Source of the DNA: Candidatus Minimicrobia sp. QA0096
GTDB lineage: Bacteria; Patescibacteriota; Saccharimonadia; Saccharimonadales; Saccharimonadaceae
Direction of reading: 5' to 3'
Assembly (NCBI RefSeq): GCF_963967315.1
Contig: NZ_OZ017288.1
Location: forward strand, 570,001-602,000
DNA length: 32,000 nt
The notes under the pieces were generated by a model. It was not told where the DNA came from. It searched no databases and saw only the letters and a list, made by a program, of their open reading frames with translations. The position numbers were made by a program, and so were the translations under genes. Positions 16,735 through 24,904 of this stretch are shown here, one piece after another; position 1 is the first letter of the stretch, and each line of letters starts with the position of its first letter.

Positions 16735-16749
16735 GAACGTTTAATGCGC

Positions 16750-16793
16750 AATATCTCGTTGCTATTACATATTTGGCAGCGAGATATTTTATT
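16750..16793 (+). terminator. Rho-independent terminator after rpsR
   Basis: 9-bp stem AATATCTCG / CGAGATATT, a 21-nt loop with a few extra internal pairs, then TTTTATT. Confidence 0.55.
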
Positions 16794-16807
16794 GGAAAGG
16801 AGAAAAT

Positions 16808-17368
16808 ATGTATCAGCCAACTGATTTGAAAAAAGGCGCAGTTTGCCAAATTGACGGCAAGCCATATCGCGTCGTAGAATACGGCCAAAAAGTTATGGGT
16901 CGTGGCGGTTCGATTGTTAACGTGAAATTGAAAAACCTAATTGACGGAAGTGTTATTCCAAAGACTTTCAAGGGTCAAGAGCGAATCGAAGCTGCGGAAG
17001 TAAATAACAAAACTGCGCAATATTTGTATAACGATGGTGACAAGTTCTATTTCATGGACCCGACTAGCTTTGAGCAATTTGAGCTGGCTGCGGAAATCGT
17101 GGACGACGCTAGTAAATACCTGAAAGAAGGCGACGAATTAAGCCTCCAATTCTTCGACGGTCGAGTGATTAACGTTGAACTACCAAAGAATAAATATCTG
17201 GAAGTTACCTACACGGAAGATGTGGTTAAGGGCGATACGACTTCATCTGTGTTAAAAGACGCTACTTTGGAGACAGGGCTAGTTGTCAAAGTTCCAGCAT
17301 TTATCAAGCAGGGTGATATTATTAGCGTTGACACATCCACTGGTGAATATCGCGAGCGAAAGAAATAA
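16808..17368 (+). CDS. efp: Elongation factor P (Arg at the loop-tip position)
   Basis: Full-length three-domain EF-P. Loop KVMGRGGSIVNVKLKN. C-terminus VDTSTGEYRERKK. Confidence 0.95.
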   Translation: MYQPTDLKKGAVCQIDGKPYRVVEYGQKVMGRGGSIVNVKLKNLIDGSVIPKTFKGQERIEAAEVNNKTAQYLYNDGDKFYFMDPTSFEQFELAAEIVDDASKYLKEGDELSLQFFDGRVINVELPKNKYLEVTYTEDVVKGDTTSSVLKDATLETGLVVKVPAFIKQGDIISVDTSTGEYRERKK

Positions 17369-17377
17369 TAATATTTA

Positions 17378-18100
17378 ATGAAACAGCGATTAGATAAAGC
17401 TCTGGTCGAGCGTGGTTTGGCAACAACAAGGTCTCAGGCGGATAATTTTATTCGCCTGGGCTATGTTTTTTTGAATAAGAAAATTGTCCAGAAATCAGGA
17501 ACTATGGTGTCTGATTCGGACGAGATAAAGCTCGAGAAGAAAGAAACTTATGTTTCGCGAGCTGGCTTAAAACTGGCAAGCGTAGCGGAGTATTTTCGTC
17601 TTAATTTTCAGGATAAAACGGTTCTGGACATTGGCTCGAGTACGGGTGGATTTACTGACTATTCGCTGCGTCATGGCGCCAAAAAGGTATTTGCTGTTGA
17701 TGTTGGAACGGATCAGCTCCATCCAAGTTTGAGGCCGAATCCAAAAATTGCTCTCCACGAAAAGACCGATATTCGTGATTTTTATGCTGATGAAGCAATT
17801 GATATAATCGTGGGCGATGTGTCGTTTATATCGCTGAGAGAAATTTTGCCGCATGTGGCAGAAAATTTGATGAATAGCGGTACTGTTTTGATTGCTATGG
17901 TAAAGCCTCAATTTGAGGCGGGGCGGCATCAGGTTAATAAGGGAATTATTAAAAACGATAAAGTTCGTCGACAGATTTTATCCGATTTTGAAGATTGGGC
18001 GAAAAAGTATTTTGTTATCTTAGATAAAAAAGATAGTGAAGTGGCAGGCAGTAAGGGTAATCTTGAGCGATTTTACAAATTGAAATTAGCTAAACGTTAA
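17378..18100 (+). CDS. tlyA: TlyA family rRNA 2'-O-methyltransferase
   Basis: N-terminal S4 domain (RLDKALVERGLATTRSQA) and an FtsJ-type SAM motif VLDIGSSTGGFTDY. Confidence 0.85.
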   Translation: MKQRLDKALVERGLATTRSQADNFIRLGYVFLNKKIVQKSGTMVSDSDEIKLEKKETYVSRAGLKLASVAEYFRLNFQDKTVLDIGSSTGGFTDYSLRHGAKKVFAVDVGTDQLHPSLRPNPKIALHEKTDIRDFYADEAIDIIVGDVSFISLREILPHVAENLMNSGTVLIAMVKPQFEAGRHQVNKGIIKNDKVRRQILSDFEDWAKKYFVILDKKDSEVAGSKGNLERFYKLKLAKR

Positions 18101-19169
18101 ACCGAAACTCAACAACGTCATTCGGTTGCATAACGTAAGTTTTTCCTTCGGTGCGAATTTTGCCGTTTTCACGAGCCTTAACTTCCGATCCCGCTGCGAC
18201 TAAATCGTTAAAATCAACAATCTGTGCGGCAATAAATCCGCGCTCAAAATCCGAGTGAATAACGCCCGCGGCTTGCGGTGCAGTCCAGCCTTTGTGAATT
18301 GTCCAAGCGCGAACTTCTTTTTCGCCCGCAGTTAAGTAGCTTTGTAGTCCGAGCGTATCGTAGGCTGCGTGAATAAGTTTGGCGAGTCCAGTTTCTTTGA
18401 CGCCGTAGCTTTCTAATAACTCTTTGGTGTCATTTTCAGATAAGCCCTTCAATTCTTCTTCTAGTTTTGCGCAGACAAAGACGGTTTTTGCGGGACTTAC
18501 GAGTTCGGTCAATTGACTCTGTAGATCAGAATTGTTCAATCCTTCTTCGTCAACATTAAATGCGTAAATGACAGGTTTGGCGGTAAGAAGGTGTAGGTCG
18601 GAAATTGCCTCAAAATCCACATCTGACAGGGCGGAAATTGGTACGCCTTTTTGTAAATTGTCGATTAAAGACTGCAGATATTCAACTTTTTGACGAGCTT
18701 TTGGATTTGCTTTGGCTTCTTTTTGAAGCTGGGGCAGGCGTTTTTCAAGAGTTTGTAGATCAGCCAGAATCAGCTCGGTATTTATAACCTCAATGTCTTT
18801 CTTAGGATCAATCGGTGCTTCATCGTGACGCAAAATTTTTGAATTTTCGAACGCACGAACAACATGAATAATTGCGTCACACTCTCTGATGTTGTGAAGA
18901 AACTTATTGCCCAAACCTTCACCCTTAGACGCGCCAGCAACCAGTCCCGCGATATCAACGAAAGTGACGGTGGCTGGAATAATTTTTTGCGCGTGATAAA
19001 GATCGGCTAAAATTTGCAGGCGATTATCTGGCACGGGAACGATTCCTGTGTTCGGTTCAATTGTCGCAAACGGATAATTAGCCGCCAAAATATCATTATT
19101 TGTTAAAGCGTTAAAAAGTGTCGATTTGCCGACGTTCGGTAAGCCAACGATTCCAATAGATAAACTCAT
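18090..19169 (-). CDS. ychF: Ribosome-binding ATPase YchF
   Basis: [20 protein letters not shown]-loop and a C-terminal TGS-like domain. The -10 element TGaTATAAT lies 6 nt upstream of the ATG on the minus strand. Confidence 0.95.
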   Translation of the reverse strand: MSLSIGIVGLPNVGKSTLFNALTNNDILAANYPFATIEPNTGIVPVPDNRLQILADLYHAQKIIPATVTFVDIAGLVAGASKGEGLGNKFLHNIRECDAIIHVVRAFENSKILRHDEAPIDPKKDIEVINTELILADLQTLEKRLPQLQKEAKANPKARQKVEYLQSLIDNLQKGVPISALSDVDFEAISDLHLLTAKPVIYAFNVDEEGLNNSDLQSQLTELVSPAKTVFVCAKLEEELKGLSENDTKELLESYGVKETGLAKLIHAAYDTLGLQSYLTAGEKEVRAWTIHKGWTAPQAAGVIHSDFERGFIAAQIVDFNDLVAAGSEVKARENGKIRTEGKTYVMQPNDVVEFRFNV

Positions 19170-19213
19170 ATATTTATTATATCATCTGCGTAATCTTTGA
19201 TATAATTATAAGC

Positions 19214-22183
19214 ATGAGAAGAAAATACTCATTGCCTAAGGTGGGCATGCTGGCAATAGTAGTGGCTTTAGCTATTTCAGTAACGGCTTTTTTTATCTAT
19301 ACGTACGCGGCGCCAAGCTCGCCAAATTGGACGATAACTGGTAAATCCTGGGTGACGAAGAAGTTTGATTCGTCAGACACGAATAAGTACGGCTCTGACT
19401 GGGTGGTGGCGCCTGGGCGACTTAAGAATGTAAAGCCTGGTGATACTGTTGACTGGTGGCATAGTCTTTTTGTTAGCGGAGGAGCCACTGACAATGTCGT
19501 GACTGGAGTTCAGCAAGATGTGTTCGATTTAAGCTCAAATCAGCCGATGGATAATGATGTCAGTCTGAACGACAGGGGGGCTTGGCATAATGAAGATCCT
19601 CGATGGTTTAACGTTATGACGGATTGGAAGGATTATGCCTGGAAGCGGATGAACAATCCAGCGGATTATCACACTACCTCTATGGAGGCGTTGAACGGCA
19701 AATCTCGGCTTGAGGATCTTCATGGCGAGCTTGGAAAAGATAAATTTATGTTTACGCGAGTTATTCGAAAAGAGGATATGGGCAAGCGTATCTGTCAGCG
19801 AATCTATTGGAGTAAGCGGAATTCTTTGCCGGTTTCGGGATGGGGCTATTCGCAGTATGCGTGCGTAGAGGTTCCATATGATTATGACGTAGAGCCTTCG
19901 GTTAGTGTTAACTCGGATTACATTGACGCAGAAAATGTCACGAAAATTGAGGGAATAAATGCTGGGTTGAATAATAAGGGCACGTCAAAAACTCAAAATT
20001 CTTCGTATGCACTTGCTCGGTTTGTTGTCAGAGGGGCTGAAGTATCGGGGCTTACGGGCAAGGATAATGTAGTTTCGTTGCCTGGGGGTACTGCTGACAA
20101 TGATTGGCCGTGTGCAGTCGTGCGACTGATTAAAGGACAATATAAAGATAGCTTGAATATTGATAGTGGCGCGTGTGGAAAAATTGTTCAAAACACTGGC
20201 AGTCAATTAAACACCGGTCAGACTCCAGTGGCTACAAATCAGATAGATAATCTGGATAGAGTTAAGCTAAGTGCTAACGACAGCCTATGTTATGTGGTTA
20301 TGGTCAGTAATTACAACGGTTCGGCGCCTTCGACGGATTTTAAATACGCGGTTAAGTGTATTAGGTCGTCAAAAAGACCAAAGGTTCAGGTTTGGGGCGG
20401 TGATATTAAGACAGATAAAGAGGTTATTACTAGTAAGACATCAAACAACGTGAACGTTCCTGATGAGAATCTTAGCCGTATTGAGTTAGATAAGACTTCT
20501 ATACGGTCAAAAGGGTTATGGGGTACAGGATTAGATAGAAATGGTAATAAAATTGGAGGCAATATTAATTTTAGTCCTGGTGAATACGGCTTTAAGGGCG
20601 GTGACAGTGTTGATCCGCACTGGTCTATAGTATGTGCTGAGGATCAGTATGGCGGCAATGGAAATCAGAGAGCATATAAGAAGTCTACTGGACAGCCAGA
20701 TTATCTTCCGAGCTGCCATGGTGACGCGACCAATCTAAAAGACGACTATCAAGCCAGAACGGTCGTAACGACACAGTGGCGCAATCCTAGCGGAGGTGAT
20801 GTATTGCAAGATGGTTATATTACATGTAAACCCGATCCTATGTATTACAGTATAGTCGGGGACGCATCGCTTGTCTATAATCCTGATTATTGCAAGAGGG
20901 GTGTTTGGAGGACATCTGACTCTGCGAAGTGGATTAGTATAAATAGTTTTGGTCGGCATACGCATTCTAATAGTAAACCGGATCCAGCGAATCTGAACTG
21001 TCGGGATGATACTCGCCCTATAGCAGAAGTTATCTCGTGCTCGAATACGTATGTCTTTAGGTTAAAAGGTGTTAATTTAGGAGAGCTAAAAGATGCTAAG
21101 AAGCTGGAGATTGGTTTTAGTGGAGCTGTAGATAACTATGTTCGAGTGAAAATTAATGGTCATGAAATGAAGGTGTTGGGTAATGAAAACGGCGCAAGAC
21201 CTGAGGGAACCCAGTATTCTGGTTGGGGTTTTCCGGGTTATGTTGTAAATTCCCGGTTTACTGCTGAGACGCAGCCGGGCACTGTTTTATACGAGAATAA
21301 CAACTTCATCGATATTTATGTAAAATCTAACCCATCGCATATGGGGCTACTGATCGAGGATATATCATTGGCCTATAAGATGGCTTATACAAATCAGAAT
21401 GTGTACGGTTCTTGGGGTGAATATGGAATTATTGCTAATGGTAAGGCGGATTCGGCTTCGGGTGCTGGATTATCATCGTCGTTTAATGGTCGCTCGGGAG
21501 TAACTCCGCGTGACTATAATAAGCTAACTTTCGCCAATATTCCAAAGTTTGGTAATTTCAGCAGCACCAGTTCGGTTCCAGATAATTTTACTTTACCGTC
21601 GGTTGGTGGCGTCAAGGGCAGTGTTTCTGGTAACGTGGATGTCAACAGCTTGGCCACGGGTGAATATAACGCTGGAAACGTAACCTTAACGGGGTCAAAA
21701 TTAAGCGTAGGCAAGAGTATAGTCATAAAGTCCTCGGGTGTAGTTACGATTTCGGGCGATTTGCTATACACAGACACGAATGATGTACGTCAATTGCCAC
21801 AACTAATTATCTACGCGAAGAATATTATTATAGAGCCTTCGGTTGGAGAAGTGAATGCTTGGTTGATTACTCAGAAAGACGGATATGTTAGTACCTGTGG
21901 CGTGGTAATTAGCGCTGGAGCTTGGCTGAATGGAGTTTCTGAATCTTCTTGCGGTAAACAGCTGAAGGTTAACGGGCCAATTAAAACTGGACACTTGTTC
22001 TTGCGACGAACGTACGGCGGAAAACATGCTTCATCTGCAAAGAATGATCCGAACATGCATCCTGGAACTCCAGCAGAAATCATTAATTTGAGGGCTGATA
22101 CTTATATTTGGGCTTATAATAATTATCGAAACACTGGCGCGATTAGCACGATGAATGTTCGTGAATTGCCGCCAAGATATTAA
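19214..22183 (+). CDS. Large exported protein of unknown function (989 aa, 14 Cys, Trp-rich)
   Basis: N-terminal signal or anchor sequence (KVGMLAIVVALAISVTAFFIYTYA). The long ORF has no competing frames. TGaTATAAT lies 7 nt upstream of the ATG. I recognise no family signature. Confidence 0.7.
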   Translation: MRRKYSLPKVGMLAIVVALAISVTAFFIYTYAAPSSPNWTITGKSWVTKKFDSSDTNKYGSDWVVAPGRLKNVKPGDTVDWWHSLFVSGGATDNVVTGVQQDVFDLSSNQPMDNDVSLNDRGAWHNEDPRWFNVMTDWKDYAWKRMNNPADYHTTSMEALNGKSRLEDLHGELGKDKFMFTRVIRKEDMGKRICQRIYWSKRNSLPVSGWGYSQYACVEVPYDYDVEPSVSVNSDYIDAENVTKIEGINAGLNNKGTSKTQNSSYALARFVVRGAEVSGLTGKDNVVSLPGGTADNDWPCAVVRLIKGQYKDSLNIDSGACGKIVQNTGSQLNTGQTPVATNQIDNLDRVKLSANDSLCYVVMVSNYNGSAPSTDFKYAVKCIRSSKRPKVQVWGGDIKTDKEVITSKTSNNVNVPDENLSRIELDKTSIRSKGLWGTGLDRNGNKIGGNINFSPGEYGFKGGDSVDPHWSIVCAEDQYGGNGNQRAYKKSTGQPDYLPSCHGDATNLKDDYQARTVVTTQWRNPSGGDVLQDGYITCKPDPMYYSIVGDASLVYNPDYCKRGVWRTSDSAKWISINSFGRHTHSNSKPDPANLNCRDDTRPIAEVISCSNTYVFRLKGVNLGELKDAKKLEIGFSGAVDNYVRVKINGHEMKVLGNENGARPEGTQYSGWGFPGYVVNSRFTAETQPGTVLYENNNFIDIYVKSNPSHMGLLIEDISLAYKMAYTNQNVYGSWGEYGIIANGKADSASGAGLSSSFNGRSGVTPRDYNKLTFANIPKFGNFSSTSSVPDNFTLPSVGGVKGSVSGNVDVNSLATGEYNAGNVTLTGSKLSVGKSIVIKSSGVVTISGDLLYTDTNDVRQLPQLIIYAKNIIIEPSVGEVNAWLITQKDGYVSTCGVVISAGAWLNGVSESSCGKQLKVNGPIKTGHLFLRRTYGGKHASSAKNDPNMHPGTPAEIINLRADTYIWAYNNYRNTGAISTMNVRELPPRY

Positions 22184-22187
22184 AAGT

Positions 22188-22216
22188 TTGCAAATTAAAA
22201 CGCTAATGTATATAAT
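22188..22216 (+). promoter_or_regulatory. Near-consensus promoter for the pil operon
   Basis: TTGCAA (22188-22193), 17-nt spacer, TATAAT (22211-22216). The pilM ATG at 22228 is 11 nt downstream and has no Shine-Dalgarno. Confidence 0.6.
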
Positions 22217-22227
22217 TGTTATTAGTT

Positions 22228-23274
22228 ATGAAATTAGCAAAAGGGTTGGGCGACTTCTTCGGACTAGACATCGATACGAATGCGGTGCGGGTGGTTCAAT
22301 TGTCTCGTACTGGCGCGGGATGGAGTTTGTCTCATTACGGTTATACACCAGTTGATTCTAAGATAACGAGCGGCGATTCTCCAGAGTCTAAGCGACGCTT
22401 GGGTGAGGCTATTATGACCGCCGTTGGTCAAGCCGGAATTAAGACGTCTAATGTGGCTGTTGGTTTGCCGTCAAATAAGACGTTTTCTACCATTATTGAC
22501 GTGCCGAAAGTTCCTGAGCAAGAACTAAAGGCGATGATGAAGTATCAAATTGACCAATATATTCCAATGTCTTTGGATGAGGCAGAAGTTGACTGGGCTT
22601 TATTGGGCGATAGTTTGCATGCTCAGAATCAGTATGAGATTTTGCTGACAAGTACAGCGAAGGCTTATGCGGAAGAGCGTCTGGAATTAGTTGAAAATCT
22701 TGGCTTCAATGTGATTGCTGAAGAGCCGAACGCTATTGCTATGGTTCGCTCTTTATCGGCTACCGATTCTCAGGATGCGCGTTTGATTATCAATATGGGC
22801 GAAAATTCAACGGATTTGGCGGTCGTCTACAACGGAGCGCCGCGACTTATTCGTATGATTCCAACTGGACTTTCATCTTTGGTTCGATCGGCGGTTCAGA
22901 ATCTTAGTGTTCAGGAAGATCAAGCTCGTCAATTTATTTTGAAATTTGGTTTGGCGCCGGATAAATTAGACGGTCAAGTGTTAAGGGCTATTGATTCAAC
23001 TCTCGACAATTTTTCTTCAGAGTTGGTGAAATCTATAAAGTTTTTCCAAACTCGATATCCAAGCGTAGCAGTTTCTGGAATTTTGTTATCAGGGTTTGGT
23101 TCAGCTATTCCGCAACTTGATGGATATGTGATGAATAAAACTGGAGTCCAGTCAATTGCCGCAGATCCGTGGCAGCGTGTTCAAGTTTCTCAGTCAGATC
23201 AACAGCAATTGGCGCCGATTGCTTCAGAATTTGCTATTGCCGTAGGTCTGGCACAAAGGAGTAATATATCATGA
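22228..23274 (+). CDS. pilM: Type IV pilus assembly protein PilM (actin-like ATPase fold)
   Basis: N-terminus FFGLDIDTNAVRVVQL is the typical PilM phosphate-1 region. Size and position ahead of pilN/pilO fit. ATGA stop/start overlap with pilN. Confidence 0.8.
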   Translation: MKLAKGLGDFFGLDIDTNAVRVVQLSRTGAGWSLSHYGYTPVDSKITSGDSPESKRRLGEAIMTAVGQAGIKTSNVAVGLPSNKTFSTIIDVPKVPEQELKAMMKYQIDQYIPMSLDEAEVDWALLGDSLHAQNQYEILLTSTAKAYAEERLELVENLGFNVIAEEPNAIAMVRSLSATDSQDARLIINMGENSTDLAVVYNGAPRLIRMIPTGLSSLVRSAVQNLSVQEDQARQFILKFGLAPDKLDGQVLRAIDSTLDNFSSELVKSIKFFQTRYPSVAVSGILLSGFGSAIPQLDGYVMNKTGVQSIAADPWQRVQVSQSDQQQLAPIASEFAIAVGLAQRSNIS

Positions 23275-23996
23275 TTGAGATAAATCTTCTCCCAAACGTT
23301 AAACGCGAGCTATTAAAGACTCGAGTTATGCGCAATCGAGTTATTTCGATATCGTTCTTAGTGGGCGGTGCTTCGATTGCGGCAGTAGTTGTTTTGGCGT
23401 TGATTTTGGGTAGCCAAATTGCAGCCGAGGCGGTCCAGAACGGAGTTATTAAAGATAGAAACGATAAATTGATGGCGGTCGAAGATCTCAATAAGGTTGT
23501 AACGATTCAACATCAATTAACAAAGATCAATGAGCAACATTCTGGAAAGAAGATTAATTCAAGGATTTTTGATGTTGTAACGGCGGTTAATCCAGTTGCA
23601 CCAAATAATGTTAGTTTTTCGGATATAAAAGTCAATCCTGGGTCAAAAACTATTACTCTGGAGGGTAGCGCGGTTAATGGCTATAGTGCGCTAGAGACTT
23701 TAAAGAAAACCATCTTGAATACGAAAGTTCAGACTACTGATGGTGATAAAAGTTCCGAGGTTAGTCTGACTAAGGAGATAAAAGATGGCGATACTAGTTT
23801 TGGAGAGAATTCAGAAGGTAAAAAAGTGTTACAATTCTCGTTCTCGTTTGAATACGCAGAAGAATTACTAGCGCCTGCAAATAATGGCACAGTTTCCGTA
23901 TTGACGCCGACTGGTAAGGTTGATGTGACAGATTCTCGCCGAGGTATTCCAGATAGCTTGTTTAAGAGTAACTCGAAAAAACAGGAGAAGAAATAA
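23271..23996 (+). CDS. pilN: PilN-like pilus alignment protein
   Basis: MIEINLLPNVKRE N-terminus (the PilM-binding motif), followed by a single TM helix. AAGGAG Shine-Dalgarno. Confidence 0.7.
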   Translation: MIEINLLPNVKRELLKTRVMRNRVISISFLVGGASIAAVVVLALILGSQIAAEAVQNGVIKDRNDKLMAVEDLNKVVTIQHQLTKINEQHSGKKINSRIFDVVTAVNPVAPNNVSFSDIKVNPGSKTITLEGSAVNGYSALETLKKTILNTKVQTTDGDKSSEVSLTKEIKDGDTSFGENSEGKKVLQFSFSFEYAEELLAPANNGTVSVLTPTGKVDVTDSRRGIPDSLFKSNSKKQEKK

Positions 23997-24664
23997 TGGC
24001 GACCGATAATAAAGAAGTTGCAATACGCAAGCGGCAACAGATTGACTCATCGAAAAAGACTATGTTTATTTTTGTGGCTTCTGCGGCATTTTTGGCGGGA
24101 ATTGCGCTTGTTGTGAGTGTATTTTTAGTGAAGCAAATTGTATTTCATTCAAAGATTCTTTTAGAGAAGCAAAATACGATTTCTCGCTTGGATAAGAATT
24201 TATCATCTGTTGACGAATTAAAGAAAAATATCCGAGTTTTAGATACGAATACTGCTCTTAACTCTATAAAATCAAGTAGCGAAAGTAATGCTCTTCAGAC
24301 GGTACTGGATGCATTGCCAGATAATGCGAACGCCGACGCTCTTGGCGCTTCATTGAAGAATAAATTTATTGATACAACTACTGGTGTGACTATTCAAAAT
24401 CTGACCGTTGCTCAATCTGGATCTGATAGTGAAAGCTCTGAGTCAACGTCTGAAAATGCCATATCATTTACTATGGAAGTGAGCGGTCCGGCTGAAAAAT
24501 TGAAAGAATTGTTAACTAAGTTAGAGGCGTCTATTCGAGTCATTGACCTAAAGACCGTGGAAATCCAGCGAAATGAGGATAGATTGAGCTTAGTGGTTCG
24601 AGGTGTCGCTTATTACGAGCCAGCGCAAACAATACAATTAGAGAATAAGGTGGTTAAGCCATGA
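23996..24664 (+). CDS. pilO: PilO-like pilus alignment protein
   Basis: Single TM helix, coiled-coil and C-terminal alpha/beta region in operon position after pilN. TAATG start overlap. Contains an acidic Ser-rich insert SGSDSESSESTSEN. Confidence 0.55.
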   Translation: MATDNKEVAIRKRQQIDSSKKTMFIFVASAAFLAGIALVVSVFLVKQIVFHSKILLEKQNTISRLDKNLSSVDELKKNIRVLDTNTALNSIKSSSESNALQTVLDALPDNANADALGASLKNKFIDTTTGVTIQNLTVAQSGSDSESSESTSENAISFTMEVSGPAEKLKELLTKLEASIRVIDLKTVEIQRNEDRLSLVVRGVAYYEPAQTIQLENKVVKP

Positions 24665-24891
24665 AGAAAACAGACATAGCAATGGTAGTATTGATCGCGG
24701 GTGTGGGTGTGGCAATCGGCTATATTGTCGCCTCTAACATCTCGTTCTTAAAAGTCCCAGAATCTGGCACAAAAGTACAGACTATTCGAGAAATATCACC
24801 TGACGTCGAAAAACCAAACCCAGCAATTTTTAATAATAATGCGATAAATCCAACTGTTGAAATATTCGTAGGTCAAGATGCAGCCAAATAG
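24661..24891 (+). CDS. Small single-TM protein of unknown function within the pil operon
   Basis: 76 aa with TM segment IAMVVLIAGVGVAIGYIVA. ATGA overlap with pilO implies translational coupling. Confidence 0.5.
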   Translation: MKKTDIAMVVLIAGVGVAIGYIVASNISFLKVPESGTKVQTIREISPDVEKPNPAIFNNNAINPTVEIFVGQDAAK

Positions 24892-24904
24892 AGAAGGGGT
24901 GTAA

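Noticed and set aside
18069-18077. Second copy of GATTTTACA (a half-site of the 13317-13348 inverted repeat) inside the 3' end of tlyA
   Set aside because: A single 9-mer match in 64 kb of two-strand AT-rich sequence is within chance expectation. It has no partner half-site.
22155-22355. 66-aa plus-strand ORF spanning the end of the 989-aa gene, the pil promoter and the start of pilM
   Set aside because: It is out of frame with both well-supported genes and crosses a consensus promoter. It has no RBS.
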